The notes beneath the pieces were generated by a model. It was not told the origin of the DNA. It ran no database searches and worked only from the letters and a program-made list of their open reading frames with translations. Shown piece by piece: positions 12,201 to 27,200 of a stretch of 64,000 nucleotides of DNA; position 1 is the stretch's first letter, and every line of letters begins with the position of its first letter. The translations under genes were made by a program, and so were the position numbers. Source of the DNA: Somniosus microcephalus. Its lineage: Eukaryota. Where the stretch lies: assembly GCA_052327205.1 (NCBI GenBank), contig CM126204.1:257238001-257302000 (forward strand), written 5' to 3'.

Positions 12201-15200
12201 GATTCCTAGCTATTTGACCAGCATCCTGACAACTGCAAGTAATCCTAAGCCCTCAATGTGAAAGCCCCATTCGCGGAATGACACACGCCAGAACTGCAGC
12301 AGTTGCCATCAGAATTTTTATGCAAAACAAACAACTGATGGCATTTTTACAAAATACACAACATTTCACCCAAGTGACTATTTGTGCTTTATTTTCCTCT
12401 TATGCCTGCTCCTACGTAGTGGTTCCCCTGTGGCTTCAGCAGATGTGGAGGCCCCTTGCTCACTTTCCTGCTGCTCCTGTCTCGACACCTTTGGCAGGCG
12501 TCCTCTGGGGTGGCGAGCCTGCAAGGGCTCGTCAGCAGTCTGCTGCTCCTGCGGCTGTGCAGGAGTTGAGACGTCTATCTCAGTTGGGTGTGGACTCTGG
12601 CAGGGCTCTGACCGAGGGCTCTGCAGTGGCATGGAAGTGTGTGCGCTTGGAGAAGAGCCCCCACTTCCTTGAGGTCTGCCACCAACCTCCCTCTCATGGG
12701 TCAGGTCCCCCTCAGTGCCTGCAAGTGACTTGAGAGCACCTTGCTGCACATCAGGGGGGCCATGGGGACCCGTATCTGCAATGGCAGTCCTACTCGGAAG
12801 GACTTCCATGAAGGTCTGGTTTCTCTGTTCAATAGATGCCCATCGCTCCTCAGGAGATGTCATTCTATTCTGAACACTCATCATGTTTTCCATACCCTGG
12901 CAACTAACCTCCTCCATGGTCGTAGCCCTCCTCTCCTCTACCGTAGCCATCCTCTCCTCTACGGTAGCCAGCCTTACCACGGAGGCAGCAATCATTTCCA
13001 CGTAGGTAGCCACCCTTTCTGTGTTGATGTGTTAATGCGCCACTGACTCCACAAAGGCTCTGCTCATGTTCGCTATGGACTCCTCCATTCGCTCCACACT
13101 CGCAGCGACCCTGGAGACAAAACCTGCCAGAGACTCCTGCATCTGTGCATGGAGTTCCATCACCTCTGATCTTACAGATGGACCCAGAGGCAGAGGGTCG
13201 ACATGCAGCTGAGCCGAGCTGGCAGAGTCCTGCACCCTCCGGCGAGGACTCTCCACTGCTGTTCCTGTCTCCACAATCTGCTGATGCTCACTTGTGAGCT
13301 GTGATACACCAGGTGACAACTCTACTCTATGTCCCGAAGGTCCCACCGAGGTGTGAGTGTCTGCGCTGGTGCTGGGTGCGCTTATTTCTGCTGACGCTGC
13401 ACCCTCAGAGGTTGCAGATTCCTCTGAGGAGTCTGGCATCTCAGGCTCTTCCTCCTGCACACTGGGGACGGGGGCTCTCGATGGTCCTGTGGGGGAGTCA
13501 AGGAAAAAATTAGAGATGTGATGCCAAGGTTACATGCACATTGCATTTTGCAGATGATCATAAGTCCATATGATGTAGCTTCAGAATCATTATCAGCGAC
13601 TCATGCAATGCCAATGAGAGAGATGGAAAACTATTCTGTCACCAGCTTGCGGGGATGCACCTGTCTGTCCTTCCCCAACTTCCGCATCTCTGTCAGCCCC
13701 GACAATCTCCAGGACGCCTTCCTCCCAGAGGGTGAGCTGGGCTAATGAGGGCGGCAGTCCTCCTGTCCTGGCTCGCTCTCTCCTGTTGTGAGCTCTCTTT
13801 TCCTGCAATGGGGGAGACAAGTGGAGGTTGAGTGAGAATGAAGGAGTGAGTGCAGAGATTGTATAGCATAGATACTTAGAGGGAGACAAAGATGGAGTGA
13901 GGTTGCAAGACCAAGGGCCCTCCCTGTGTGTTGTCAGTTGTGTTCAAAGCATCAGAGTGAGAGGGAGTGTGAGGGCTGCATGGTGGCATAGTTATGTGAA
14001 TGTGAGCATAGAGAGAGAGGGAATGGGTAAGGGTGCATGGATGCGAGTGTCAAGTGGGATGTGGAGGAAGAGATTGCTAAAGCTGAGTGCTGGTGAGGAA
14101 AGGCAATGGGGATCAGATTGAGGGTGATGGAAACTTCATACAGTACTTACTTTTCCAGTGCGATGAAGGTCATGGAATCTTTTCCTGCACTGCATCCAGG
14201 TGCACCGTGTGAGCCCCAAGGAGTTGACTTCCCCTGCCACCTGTAGCCACACAGCCTTGGTCTGACTGGGAGGCCTCTTCCTCCCTGAAGAAGGGAACAG
14301 GACCTTTCTGTGGGCCCTAGCACCATCCAGCAATGCCTGGAGTGAAGCCTCATCAAATTTTGGGGCAGCTCTTGCCCTCCCGCTGGCCGTTGCTCCTGCA
14401 GGCTCCTGTGCCATCTCAATGGTGAAGTTTGGAAGCCTGCAGAAGAAGCAAGGCTTGCTGTGGACCTTAAAAGCAGCAGCAATGGTGACGTCATATTCTG
14501 CGACTTTCTGACTGGAAATACTCAATTGCCAAGGCTTCCCACACGTTGGAAATCAATTGGCCAATTGAGTTAAAATTGCATCAATCTTACAGACCCATTT
14601 AGATTCGTGTGTGAAACACCAAATTTGGGGAACCCGACAATTTCCCGCACCTGAGTTAAAATTGACCCCTTGGAGTATATTCAAGGCTGAGTTCGATAGA
14701 TTTTTGGACTCTAGGGGAATCAAGGGATATGGGAATCGGGCGGGATAGTGGAGTTGAGGTCGAAGATCAGCCATGCTCTATTGAATGGCGGAGCAGGCTC
14801 GAGGGGCCGTATGGGCTACTCCTGCTCCTAATTCTTATGTTCTATGCACATGTTTCAAACGGGTAACCAAAATACCATATTTAAATTTTCTATTTAGTTT
14901 GCTAAGTTGGCCACCTTAGTGATGCAGTAGGTGCGGATGCAATGAACGAAATCAAAATCTAGCTTAATATGTCAACATAATGCTGACAAATTAGAACCGT
15001 TTTGGGCTTTATTGATTTTCCTTGATTGTTGGGAAAATTTTGACCGTAAGCAAACAAAGCGACTAGAATTTAATGTGAGTATGTAATTGTTTCATTTCAG
15101 AATACACTAATGCATATTGCATAGTGAATCCAAAAACATTGTCCCACAGCAGGGGTGGAGAATGGTATTTTCAGCCAATTTGTTCTGTCTTTTCCAGATC

Positions 15201-18200
15201 TCACTTTGGTCACCAAGTATATTATGAAAGGTTGGAAGGAGGTTGAAGAAGCCTACAAGGATAAAGAAAACTCAGATGGAATTCAGAGGCTGTTGAAGTA
15301 CTTTGAAGCTCTGGAGAGAGTAAAAATGACCCGAGATGAACAGGAGGTTGCTCAACTTATTGAGGAGTACAGGCTGGTCAGGGAGCACCTACTGACTAAT
15401 CACCTGAAGTCACAGGAGGTGAGTGAGTAAATGCTTTGTTCCTTGGCCACTACGTCAGTGAATAAAACTAACAACACCTACATCTGATTTTTGCAGCATC
15501 TGTGATAGTATTTGTAGAATAGTTGTGAATCCAATTAAGAAAAAAAATCTTATTTCTTTTCCACCAAATGGTATTTTCTAATTGCCAAAAAGCAGCCCAC
15601 TGTACTGCTGTTGAGCTGGTTGCTAACACATATGACAACATCCCACAAAAACATCCTGCTGATTTTTATTTGTCCCTTGCCTTCCCCTATTTCACAATAG
15701 CACTTGAGCAACAGCAGAATTGTTAACATTCACCAATTATTAAAAGCAGACTTTGACCATCGGGCAAAGATAGTTTTTGAACTTGGTTTAATTGTGATTA
15801 CTTTGACACAAATGTTACTCTGGGCTGCTGCTAGGAAGATGTTATTAGAACAAATTTGGAGGGTATAATTGTTACCTGAAAAAGAATGCATTATTGAAAG
15901 ATGCTTTTTGACATTTACTTATTAGATGGATTTTTAAAGTGACTTGCTTAGATACCTCAAGTATACTTTTTATATAGGTAAAGTAACATGAGTATTCTTG
16001 CTAAGCTCATTTAGTATGCTGCCAACCATTTCTTGCAGGAAAAATCATACTTAAAATTGATTTTCTTCAGTGTTGTGCAATATGATTCTTGTGTGACACT
16101 CTTAATTCATCTCAAATTGCTTCCAGCACCAGTGACAGACTTGTAGCCAGCAGCACTTCAACCTAGTGTCAAACTGCTCCCAGTCCAGACAAAATCTATA
16201 ATTGTATAACTGGCTGTGATTTTCATAATTCAAGTGGATGTAGTATGATGAAGAATAACATTAAACTGTACTGAACTAGTGCACCTATATGAGAATCTCC
16301 CTCTTTCTCTCACCACTCCCCTACTGACAACACTGAATATGGGCATTTATGTTGAATCCATTCATTCACTGTATTGCACCTTGAAGGCCTATTGTATAAT
16401 GTTGAAATTGAGTTATGTATTGTTTTATTATGCAGATCTCTGTTTTTGGCAGAATTATACATTTGCTTTGTTTTATTAGGTGTGGAAGGCACTATTGAAG
16501 GATATGCCTGTTATTGCCATGCTCAAAAATTTAGGGAAAATGACTACAGATTCCATTCTTAAACCAGGAAGTGAAGAGGTTGCCACGGTGTGTGAAAGGT
16601 TGAAAAATGAGACTGTCTTAAAGAAGGTACCTTTTTTTAATCTGAATATATGTAATCTTTCAAATGCAGTTGGTCAAGGCAGTGCAACTTGCTTCCAACC
16701 ACACCTGCTAATAACCTGTATCTAATCAAAACAAATTGGAGCATGGTAACTTTCTCCGGAATAACACACCTTCTATGAAAATGTTTGCATTTCGGTATTT
16801 TACAGTTTATGTGCTCAACACTTACAATGTGCTTATTTCATGTGATTTACATATTAATCTATCACTGTGAATTTCTTCTACTCTTGCAGGTGTACACTTA
16901 AATGTTGCACACGAGCAGTTTTATAATTATGATGACAATCACAGCTGAAAACTAGCAGGATTGGGAATTTGGTTGACATGTTAAACCGAGGCCCCGTCTG
17001 GCCTCTCTGGTGGACGTAAAAGATTCCATGGTGTTATTCGAAGCTCTGGTCAATATTTATCTCTCACTCAACATAACTAAAACAGATTATCTGGTCGTTG
17101 GATCGGATTTTGTGTTGAGGATAATAGTGAGGCTAACAGCGCTCATCGTTATTATGGAGTAAATCGTATATCAACTTCCGGAGTCCACATGTGCGCTGTT
17201 AAACGCAGAGATCTGGAAGTTTCTATCCGATTCGCCCTGCTCCTCCACAAGCGGCGCTCCACCAGTACCTCACCGATAGACTCAGCATTGAAATCCATGT
17301 CACGGTGTGAAGTTGCTGTAATTCCCCACTAGTTACCCACATATGCACCAGAAAAAGTTAGGGCTGGTACATTCAAGTGTAAGTGAATTTTTAATGGCGT
17401 GATAAGCCTTAATTACTGCCAAACCACCTCTCTGGCACTGAAAATTTAGTTTTGCAAGTGTGGAGTCTCATTCCTTCAGAATTTAATTGTTGGAGAATTT
17501 TTAAAAATTAAAATAATTAAATATCTATTATTCCAGCAAATAGCCATTCTTCATAGGTAAGTCTAGACACTTATGGAGTAAATCGGATAGCAACTTCCGG
17601 CGTCCACACTGTTGGTAAACAATTCAACCATCAGCCCTTGACCCGTCCATCCTTGCAAACTACCGCCCCATCTTCACCTCACTTTCCTCTCCAAAGTCCT
17701 TGAACGTGTTGTCGCCTCCCAAATCTGTACCCATCTTTCCCGGAACTTTCATGTTTGAATCTCTCCAATCAGGTTTCCGCCCCTGCCACAGTACCGAAAC
17801 AGCTCTTATTAAAGTCTCAAATGACATCCTAATTGACTGTGACAAAGATAAACTATCCCTCCTCATCCTTCTCGACTGGTCTGCAACCTTTGACAAGGTT
17901 GATCACACCATCCTCCTCCAACGCCTCTCCACCGTCGTCCAGCTGGGTGAACATAAGAATATAAGAAATAGGAACAGGAATAGGCCACTTGGCCCCTCGA
18001 GCCTGCTCCGCCATTCAATAAGATCATGGCTGATCTTGGGCTCGAAGCCACTTCCCTGCCCATTCCCCATAACCCTTCACTCCCTTATCTTGCAAAAATC
18101 TGTCTATCTCCACCTTAAATGTATTTAATGACCCAGCCTCCATGGCTCTCTGGGGCAGAGAATTCCACAGATTTACAACCATCTGAGAAAATAAATTCCT

Positions 18201-21200
18201 CCTCATCTCAGTTCTAAAAGGGTGACCCTTCTGAAAAAATAAAGGTGGGACTGCACTCACCTGGTTCCATTCTTATCTATCCAGTTGTAGCCAGAGAATC
18301 ACCTGCAATGGCTTCTCTTCCCACTCCCACACTGTTACCTCTGGTGTCCCCCAATGATTAATCCTTAGCTCCATCCTATTTCCCATCTGTATGCTGCCCT
18401 TTGGCAACATCATCTGAAAACACAGCGAGAGTTTCCACATGTATGCTGACGACACTCAGATCGACCTCACTACCACCTCTCTCGACCACTTCATTGTCTC
18501 TAAATTGTCAGACTGCTTGTCCAACATTCAATACTGGAGGAGCAGAAATTTCCTCCAACTAAATATTGGGAAGACTGAAGCCATTGTCTTCGGTCCCTGC
18601 CACAAACTCCGTTCCCTAGCCACCGACTCCATCCCTCCCCCGGCAACTGTCTGAGGTTGAACCAGACTGTTCGCAACCTTGGTGTCATATTTGATGTCAA
18701 GATGAACTTCCAACCACATATCTGCGCCATCACTAAGGCAGCCTTATTTCTACCCCCGCAACATCGCCCGACTCTGCCTGTCTCAGTTCATCTGCTGCTG
18801 AAACCCTCATCCATGCCTTTGTGACCTCTAGACTTGATTATTCCAATGCACTCTTGGCTGGCCTCCCATGTTCTACCCTCTGTAAACTTGAGGTGTCCTA
18901 ACTCGCACCAAATCCCATTCACCCATCAGCCCTGTGCTCGCTGACCTAAATTTGGCTCCCGGTTAAGCAATGTCAATTTTAAAATTCTCATCATTGTTTT
19001 CAAATCCCTCCATGGCCTCGCCCCTCCTTATCTCTGTAATCTCCTCCACTATTGGCAGCCTTGACTTCAGCTACCTAGACCCCAAGTCCTGAAATTCCCT
19101 CTCTACCTCTCTTTCCTCCTTTAAGACTACCTCTTTGATCAAGTTTTTGCTCAGCTGCCCTAATATCACTTTGTAATATGTAATAGCAGAGCATTTGGAA
19201 AACAGTGACAGGATCGGACAAAGTCAACATGGATTTACAAAAGGTAAATCGTGCTTGACTAATCTACTGGAATTTTTTGAGGATGTAACTGGTAGAATAG
19301 ATAAGGGAGAACCAGTGGATGTGGTGTATTTGGACTTTCAGAAGGCTTTCGATAAGGTCCCGCATAAGAGATTAACGTGTAAAGTTAAAGCACATGGGAT
19401 TGGGGGCAAGATACTGACTTGGATAGAGAACTGACTGGCAGACAGGAAGCAAAGAGTTGGAATAAACGGCTCTTTTTCCAGTGGCAGGCAGTGACTAGTG
19501 GGGTACCGCAGGGATCGGTCCTAGGACCCCAGCTATTCACAATATATATTAATGATCTAGACGAGGGAACTAGATGTAATATCTCCAAGTTTGCAGACGA
19601 CACAAAGCTGGGTGGGCGTGTGTGCTGTGAGGAGGATGCCAAGAAACTCCAGTATGATTTGGACAGGTTGGGTGATTGGGCAGATGTATAGCAGATGCAG
19701 TGTAATGTGGATAAATGCGAGGTTATCCACTTTGGTGGCAAAATCAGGAAGGCAGATTATTATCTGAACGGCAATAGATTGGGAGAAGGGGCAGTGCAAC
19801 GAGACCTGGGTGTCCTTGTGCACCAGTCGCTGAAGGTAAGCATGCAGGTGCAGCAGGCGGTTAAGAAGGCAAATGGTATGTTGGCCTTCGTAGCGAGAGG
19901 ATTCGAGTATAGGAACAAGGATGTCTTGCTGCAGTTGTACAGGGCCTTGGTGAGACCACACCTTGAGTATTGTGTGCAGTTTTGGTCGCCTTATCTGAGG
20001 AAGGATGTTCTTCCCATGGAGGGAGTGCAGCGAAGGCTCCCCAGACTGATACCTAGGATGGCAGGAATGACGTATGAGGAGAGATTGGGCTTATACTCGC
20101 TGGAGCTTAGAAGAATGAGAGGGAATCTCATTGAAACTTATAAAATTCTAACAGGACTAGACAGACTAGATGCAGGAAGGATGTTCCCGATGGCGGGGGA
20201 GTCCAGAACCAGGGGTCACAGTCTAAGAATAAGGGGTAAGCCATTTAGGACAGAGATGAGGAGGAATTTCTTCACCCAGAGAGTGGTGAACCTGTGGAAT
20301 TCTCTACCACAGAAGGCAGTTGAGGCCAATTCATTAAATATATTCAAGAAGGATTTAGATATATTTCTTAAGGCTAAAGGGATCAAGGGATATGGGAGAA
20401 GGCAGGGACAGGTTACTGAATTTAGATGATCAGCCATGATCTCATTGAATGGCGGAGCAGGCTCGAGGGGCCGAAAGGCCTACTCCTGCTCCTATCTTTT
20501 ATGTTTCTATGTTTGTGTGTTTAGGTGTCAAATTTTGTTTGTTAAAGCTCATGTGAAGTGCCTTTGGATGCTTTACTACATTAAAGGCGCTGTATAAATA
20601 CAAGTTGTTGTTGTTGTACAGATGAGCCTGATATTATCACTATCAGCAGGGATCACATGGTGGAGAACAAGAATGTGAACTGTGGTGGAATTTATTTATT
20701 TTGTTTCCATTCCCTAGCCTGAGGACGCGGGAGTCAATTGCAGTGCGCTCCATTGCAAGGATGTTAAACTTGATATTACATGTATCAATGTTTGCTTCAT
20801 GAGGCACATCAGTTCTATATTTCACAGTTTGCTCCGATTGTAAAGATTCTAATATTTTCCCAGTTTTCTCCCCTTCCTACCATCCTTTCCTGAAGGCAGT
20901 AACTCCTGCCAGGATGTGGTTCCAAAGGTTTTGCCAACCCTCCAATACCTCACTTAAGTGGCCAGTCTTCAAGCATGAGCACAGACAGTGAATGTCAGCA
21001 GACTAGTATGGCCATGGTATTGCAGCTGAGCTCAATCCTCTTCTTCCCTGGCATCCATATGCACACACCTGCCAGCAACAATCTGGGTAGCAATCAGGAC
21101 ACTACATGAGTCGGCATCAACCAGAGATGTATCTATCCTAGGAACTCCCTGGTCTGTACAACTCTGTACCATGCCAGATGGTTGTTTTACTCACTAAGCC

Positions 21201-24200
21201 ATCAGGGGAGTCCACTATTCCTTCAACATTTGTGTACAATTTAAAAATAACTACATTTATTTACAAAAAATCTCTAAATAGAATAGTTGTATACTACCAG
21301 TTTTTCCTGATGTAAATCATTTTTGTTTGGTTGGCTCTTATTAGCTAATTGAATAAATGCCTTACATGGTGCAGTACAAGCTGTATAGATGATGACTCTA
21401 AGTTTGATGCTTTATCTGTACTCAGCCAACCTCATCTGGGACAATAGTGGAGCATTATTGTTGTCCTCAATGTCTCTTGGTTAGACAAGGGAAAGTTGGC
21501 TCCTATTCTTCTTCCATTTTATTTTGTTTTCCTTTTCGTCACCTACAAAGACCATTCATTCATTGGGCTGCCTGTTGACAGGTTTCTGCTGTATAACCAG
21601 CCTCTAGGAAATGCATAGTAGTCCTTATTGAATCACTTTCTTCAACCACCCTGCTCTCTTTTCCCCCCCCCTCCCCCCCAACTTTCCTGTTCCTCTTTCC
21701 ATATATTCACTGTTAGCTAGGTTTCCTGGGCTAGCATCCTGTGAAACCTAGTTAAGAATGAATACTCTCAGTAATTGTAGATGTGGTACTACATGAAGAT
21801 GGGATCAGGATCAGGGTGGAGCTTATTTGTGATGGTCTTCATAATCAAATAGCCCATTGATTCTCACTGTTGAAGTGCACATGTTAGGTGACATATTGGA
21901 GGCTGTTACTACTCTGAAACCATACTTAAATATAAGTGACCACCTTCAGGTGAAGAGGGATGAGAGAAGAATATTGGGCAATGAAAAAATGCACTGCCAC
22001 AGTTTTGAACCATACTTTGTCAATAATGCATTAATGTTTGACTTCTAGGCCCGAATCCATCCATTTCACATTTTGGTGGCTCTAGAAACATACAAAGCAG
22101 GAAAAGGAAACCGAGGAAAGCTAAAGTGGATCCCTGATCCAGAAATTTTAGTAGCACTTGATCAGGCATTTTATAAAGCTTTCAAGGTAATGATACATTG
22201 TTATTTTCCAACCTCGTAAGAGCCGTGTTTTCTGGAATATAAATTTATTTAAATTATTTTGGTTTTTTTATAGAATGTAGAACCAACCGGCAAGCGCTTT
22301 TTATTGGCCTTGGATATCAGCTCTTCCATGTGTAGCCAGGTTCTCGGATGCAAAGTAGTTTATGCTTACAGTGTTGCTGCAGCTATGGCAATGGTAAGAT
22401 ACTTTCACAAGCCACTTCTTACTTTAGTGTTCTCTGGGTATTTTTTGTTGCTTATATTGATATTATATTGAGTTCTCTTTTTGCAAACATATTTGCATTA
22501 AAACTAACAATTTTATGTTATATATCTTAATAAAAAAGTAATTTTAAAACTAGTATAACAAATGGTGGTGTTTGCGAGATTCCCAAATTAATCATTGTTT
22601 GATATTTGCCTATTGACGAGAAAATATAGTTTCCATTTTCTTTCTCTTCCACACTTTATTTCTATTTTCCTCTTTCCTGTTAAATGGTGGATTTAGCAGG
22701 GAGAGGTCTGTTATCTTTCTCAAGCTTCTGCTCTTGTGTAACCAGCCACTAGGTGGCACTTGAAAGTTGGCCTTGTTGAATCATTGCTTTCTCTTGTTCC
22801 CCCCTCATTTTTACTTTTGTTGGGAAGCACATTGGTTCCAACCCATAAAATCTAGTTGAGTATTGAAGTGATTAACTACTCGTCGAGAATCGCTGAATCT
22901 GCCACTCCACGGCACAGTACATTAATAAACTACCAGTTGCTTCCAGGAAGTATGCAGTAGTACCCAGCTGGTATTAAGCTTTGCCGATCTCCTCACTATT
23001 GGGCCCCAGGCTGGTCTGAAACCTTGGATTCTGTTGAAACTACAACAAAAGCACGCATTTATATTGCGCCTTTAAAGTAGTAAAATGTCCCAAGGCGCTT
23101 CACAGTTATATAACAAAATTTGACACCGAACCACATGAGATGTTAGGACAGCTGACCAAAAACTTGGTCAAAGAGGTGGGTTTTAAGGAGTGTCTTAAAG
23201 GAGGATAGAGAGGCGGAGAGGGATGCTGTGGTTCAGCCTCAGACAGTTGCCAGGGAGAGGGATGGAGCCGGTGGCTAGGGAATGGAATTTGTGGTTGTAC
23301 TGAAGACAGTGGCTTTGGTCTTCCCAATATTTAGTTGGAGGAAATTTCTGCTCATGCAGGACTTGATGTTGAACAAGCAGCGTGACAAATCAGAGACAGT
23401 GAAGGGGTTGAGAGAGGTGGTGGTGAGCAATGTTCCCTGTAAACTGCGCTTTGTTCTGAGCGGCCTCTTTCTTTTACTGCACGGCCCCTTTAGATTTCTG
23501 GGCATGCACGGTATTTACAATGGAGAAGCTGGTGAGCGGACTTTGAGATTACTGCATGGCCGCGCACTTTAGTCAACATAACAAAAACAGATTATTTGGT
23601 CATTATCACACTGCTGTTTGTGGGAGCTTGCTGTGCGCAAATTGGCTGCTGCATTTCCTACATTACAACGGTGACTACACTTCAAAAAGTACTTCATTGG
23701 CTGTAAAGCGCTTTGGGACGTCTGGTGGTCGTGAAAGGCGCTATATAAATGCAAGTCTTTCTTTCGCGGGAGCATTAGTGGTGAGGTAGAGCTGGGTGTC
23801 GTCAGTGTACATGTGGAATCTGACATTGTGTTTTCAGATGATATGGCCGCGGGGCAGCATGTAGATGAGAAATAGGAGGGGGCCAAGAATAGATCATTGG
23901 GGGACTCCATAGGTAATGGTGTGGGAGCGGGAAGAGAAGCCATTGCAGGTGATTCTCTGGCTACGACTGGATAATAAGAATGGAAACAGGCAAGGACAGT
24001 CCCACCCAGCTGGACGATGGAGATGGGGCGTTGGAGGAGGATGTTGTGGTCAACCGTGTCAAAGGCTGCAGACAGGTCGAGAAGGATGAGATGGGATAGT
24101 TTACCACAGTCGTAGTCACTGAGGATGTTATTTGTGACTTTGATAAGGGCCGTTTTAGTGATGTGGCAGGGCTGGAAACCTGATTTGGGAGATCAAACAT

Positions 24201-27200
24201 GGAGTTTTGAGAAAGACGGACATGAATTTGGAAGGCAATAACGCGCTCAAGAACTTTGGAGAGGAAAGGGAGGTTGGAGATAGGGCGGTAGTTTGCAAAG
24301 ACAGTGGTCAAGGGTGGGTTTTTGAGGAGGGGGGTGATGACAGCAGATTTGAAGGGGAGGGGGACAGTACCTGAGGAGAGGGAACTGTTATCAATATCAG
24401 TTAACATGGGGGCCAGGAAGGGAAGTTGGGCGGTCAGCGGTTTGGTGGAATAGGAATGAGGGAGCAGGAGGTGGGTCTCGTGGACAAGATGAGCTTGGAG
24501 AGGGAATGAGGGTTGGATAGGAGAAAAACTAGAGAAAGATGCAAGCTCAAGGCTAGGGCAGGGGGGAACCTTAGGGAAAGTTTGGCTTGGTGGGCGAGGG
24601 GAAGGGAGGGAAGCAGCAAAGGCAGCTGAATGGATGGTCTTGATCTTAGTGACAAAGAAGTCCATGAGCTCCTCGCACTTGTTGAAGGTGAGGATGCAGG
24701 AGATAGGGGTTATAGAAGGCGGTTTGTAGTAGAGAAGCAAAGCCAGGGGTTATCCTTGCATTTCAGAATGATCCTGGAATAGTGAGCAGTTTTGCCAGAG
24801 GAGAGCAGGACCCGATGATGCTTTATGTGGTCCAACCAGATACGTCGATAGCTAAACCAGTTGTCTGCCATAAACGTTCAAGTCTGCGTCCCTCTGACTG
24901 AAGGGAGCAGAGATGAGGACCATACCAGGGGAACGACCAGGGTGAGAGAGTAATGGTTTTAGTGGGGACAAGGACATCAAAGGTGAGGGTGTGATTGAGC
25001 AGATCGCTAGTTACAGAAATGTCATGGTGAATGGAGGGCCAAAGACTAGACAGTTGGGAATTTGAAAGTGCCATTGTAAGTGACTTGGGGGAGAGTTTTT
25101 TCCAGGGCAGACACAGAAGGAAGTAGGGTTGGGAGGGGGAAGGGGGGGTGTGAGTGGAGAGGGATACAAAGAAGTAATCAGAGATGGCCTTATCTGTGAT
25201 TAACACGATGGGAGTAGAGAGACCACGTGATATAGCAAGGTTGAGGGGATGGCTGTGAATATAAGTAGGGGAGTTTATATGGAACTACAGGACACATATA
25301 GGCTGTCTCCTTAGTATATGAAAGGAGCAGCTTAAGGTGGTAGCAGAGACCTAAAGTGGCTCTGTTGGCAGGCAAAATATGCAATTAAACTATCGCTTTA
25401 GATATCTTGTTCTTTAATTATCTATGGATGGGGAAGAAATGCTTTGTATGAAAATACTCCTGTTATTATTTTCTTTTAAGGATAGTTGCAAACTGCAAAC
25501 CTCGGATTTGTACCAAACACAAATATTTTTCTGTAGTTGCTATGTCTGTAGCAATCCGTGTAAGCTATTTAAGTATTTGCCTGTCTTTAATTCTTTGGCT
25601 CTTTGATTAAGTTTTAATTCATAGCAATCTAGATATCTTATTTGACTATGGCATTACAGCTTGCTATGTATAGAGTGATATTTATGGATAGCAATAGCTC
25701 TGAACATCCAAAGACTTGTGATATCTCCCCATTGCATTAGGGAGATATTGGACACCCCATGTCAGGGTCTACTGTTGCACAATTCAACAGCATAAATAAA
25801 TCTGCTATTAAACGTTTGTAAGAGCAGCGTTCTATGATACGAATTCCAGATCAATTCCTAACTATGGAAATTGAAACTGACTGTATTTGATATGCCCGAA
25901 GCAAGCAAATTAAAATATAACATTATTTTGTTTACTTACATTTATAATGAGACTCTAGGAACGTTTGACGTGTTTGTGGCTGTTAAATCACATACTAATA
26001 TATCTTCTATTTTTTTTTTGTATCTTTGCACTCTTCCCTTGGAGAATAGTGGGAAATAGTGGAAGGGTTTGCAGGCTGATTAACAGTCCGACAGGCCAGG
26101 ACGCAAACACTCCTTCCAGGGCCATAACTATCTTTGTACCAACCAATAAGCTGATTAGTCCTACAGTATATGGTGGGAGGGTTTCATGGGGTTCCACAAC
26201 CCATACAACGATTGGGGGGACCTCTCGCAGCCACCGGATGCAAGTATCCCGCTGGATGCCAACCCAGAATTCAGTGCCGGCGCTGCAGTCTTCACTCGCC
26301 GGCACTGTTGGGATCAAACCCTGTACCTTCTGACTCGGAGGCGGGAATGCTACCACAAAGTCAAAGACTCACTTTTTATCTTCTATGGTACATGAATATT
26401 TGAATCCTGTCTAAGAGAAGTGACCATCATGAGTTCTCTCTTTTTTTAGGTAGTTGCACGCACAGAAACCAATTCTACAATAGTTGCTTTTTCTGATGAA
26501 ATGGTTCCATTACGCATCACTTCAGAAATGGCACTGGATGAAGTATTTACTGCCATGCATGCGGTAATGTAAAATTTTTACAACACCAATTTTCATAGAG
26601 CCTCCTAACTTTTTTCCTCATTAGCAGTACAGGAAACTTTGTGCTATCCGGCACCGACGGGACCGAGCTGTTGCCGTTCCCTCAAAACTGCCGGACACTC
26701 CAGCGCTAATGTTGAAGCATCCGGAGATTTTCAGCTCCGTGTGAATCAACAAACCCTGTTGCTTAGCAACAGCTTCTAAACAGTCGGCAAGCATCTCTGT
26801 AGCGTCTCTAGCTGAAGCTGCTGCTTAGCTACAGACCTTGCAGAGCTTGACTGTTGAGAAAAAAGCAACGAAAAGAAAAAAAACGGCTCCTAATTTTTGC
26901 CGGTGGCTCGAGCTTGCCGGACATTTAGCCTCCGGATAACACACAGTTTCCTGTAATACAGAGATCATTAGTGTATATACAAAAATTTGAAATTTTCCCC
27001 ATATTTAGTCATTTTTTCCTTAATTTTTGTACATAAATGAATAGTAGCTCACACGGCTAAAAGATTATTTCAGAATTCATTTAAGGAGGGTGCATCGTCA
27101 ACCAAAGCCATTCTTAAAAATGAAGCTGTTAAGCATTAGCTTGTTACATAGAAATTTATATTGGCATCAGCAGATTAATTCTGAATGTCCAGCAAATTAA

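Larger units (their letters stand above)
10392..14669 (+). mobile_element. PIF/Harbinger DNA transposon, full length (element 1)
   Basis: 19-bp TIR GGG(C/G)TCAATTTTAACTCAG, 3-bp TSD TTG; convergent transposase and Myb/SANT genes. Confidence 0.93.
9717..14846 (+). mobile_element. CR1-clade LINE 3' fragment, split by a Harbinger insertion (9717-10391 and 14670-14846)
   Basis: RT C-terminal ORF 9891-10385 ([26 protein letters not shown]); the sequence resumes after the insertion and ends in the CR1 tail GAATGGCGGAGCAGGCTCGAGGGGCC...TTCTTATG. Confidence 0.9.
17635..20616 (+). mobile_element. L2-clade LINE fragment interrupted by two CR1 insertions
   Basis: [14 protein letters not shown] and MYADDTQ; L2 tail TAAAGGCGCTGTATAAATACAAGTTGTTG at ~20580-20616. 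Confidence 0.85.
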
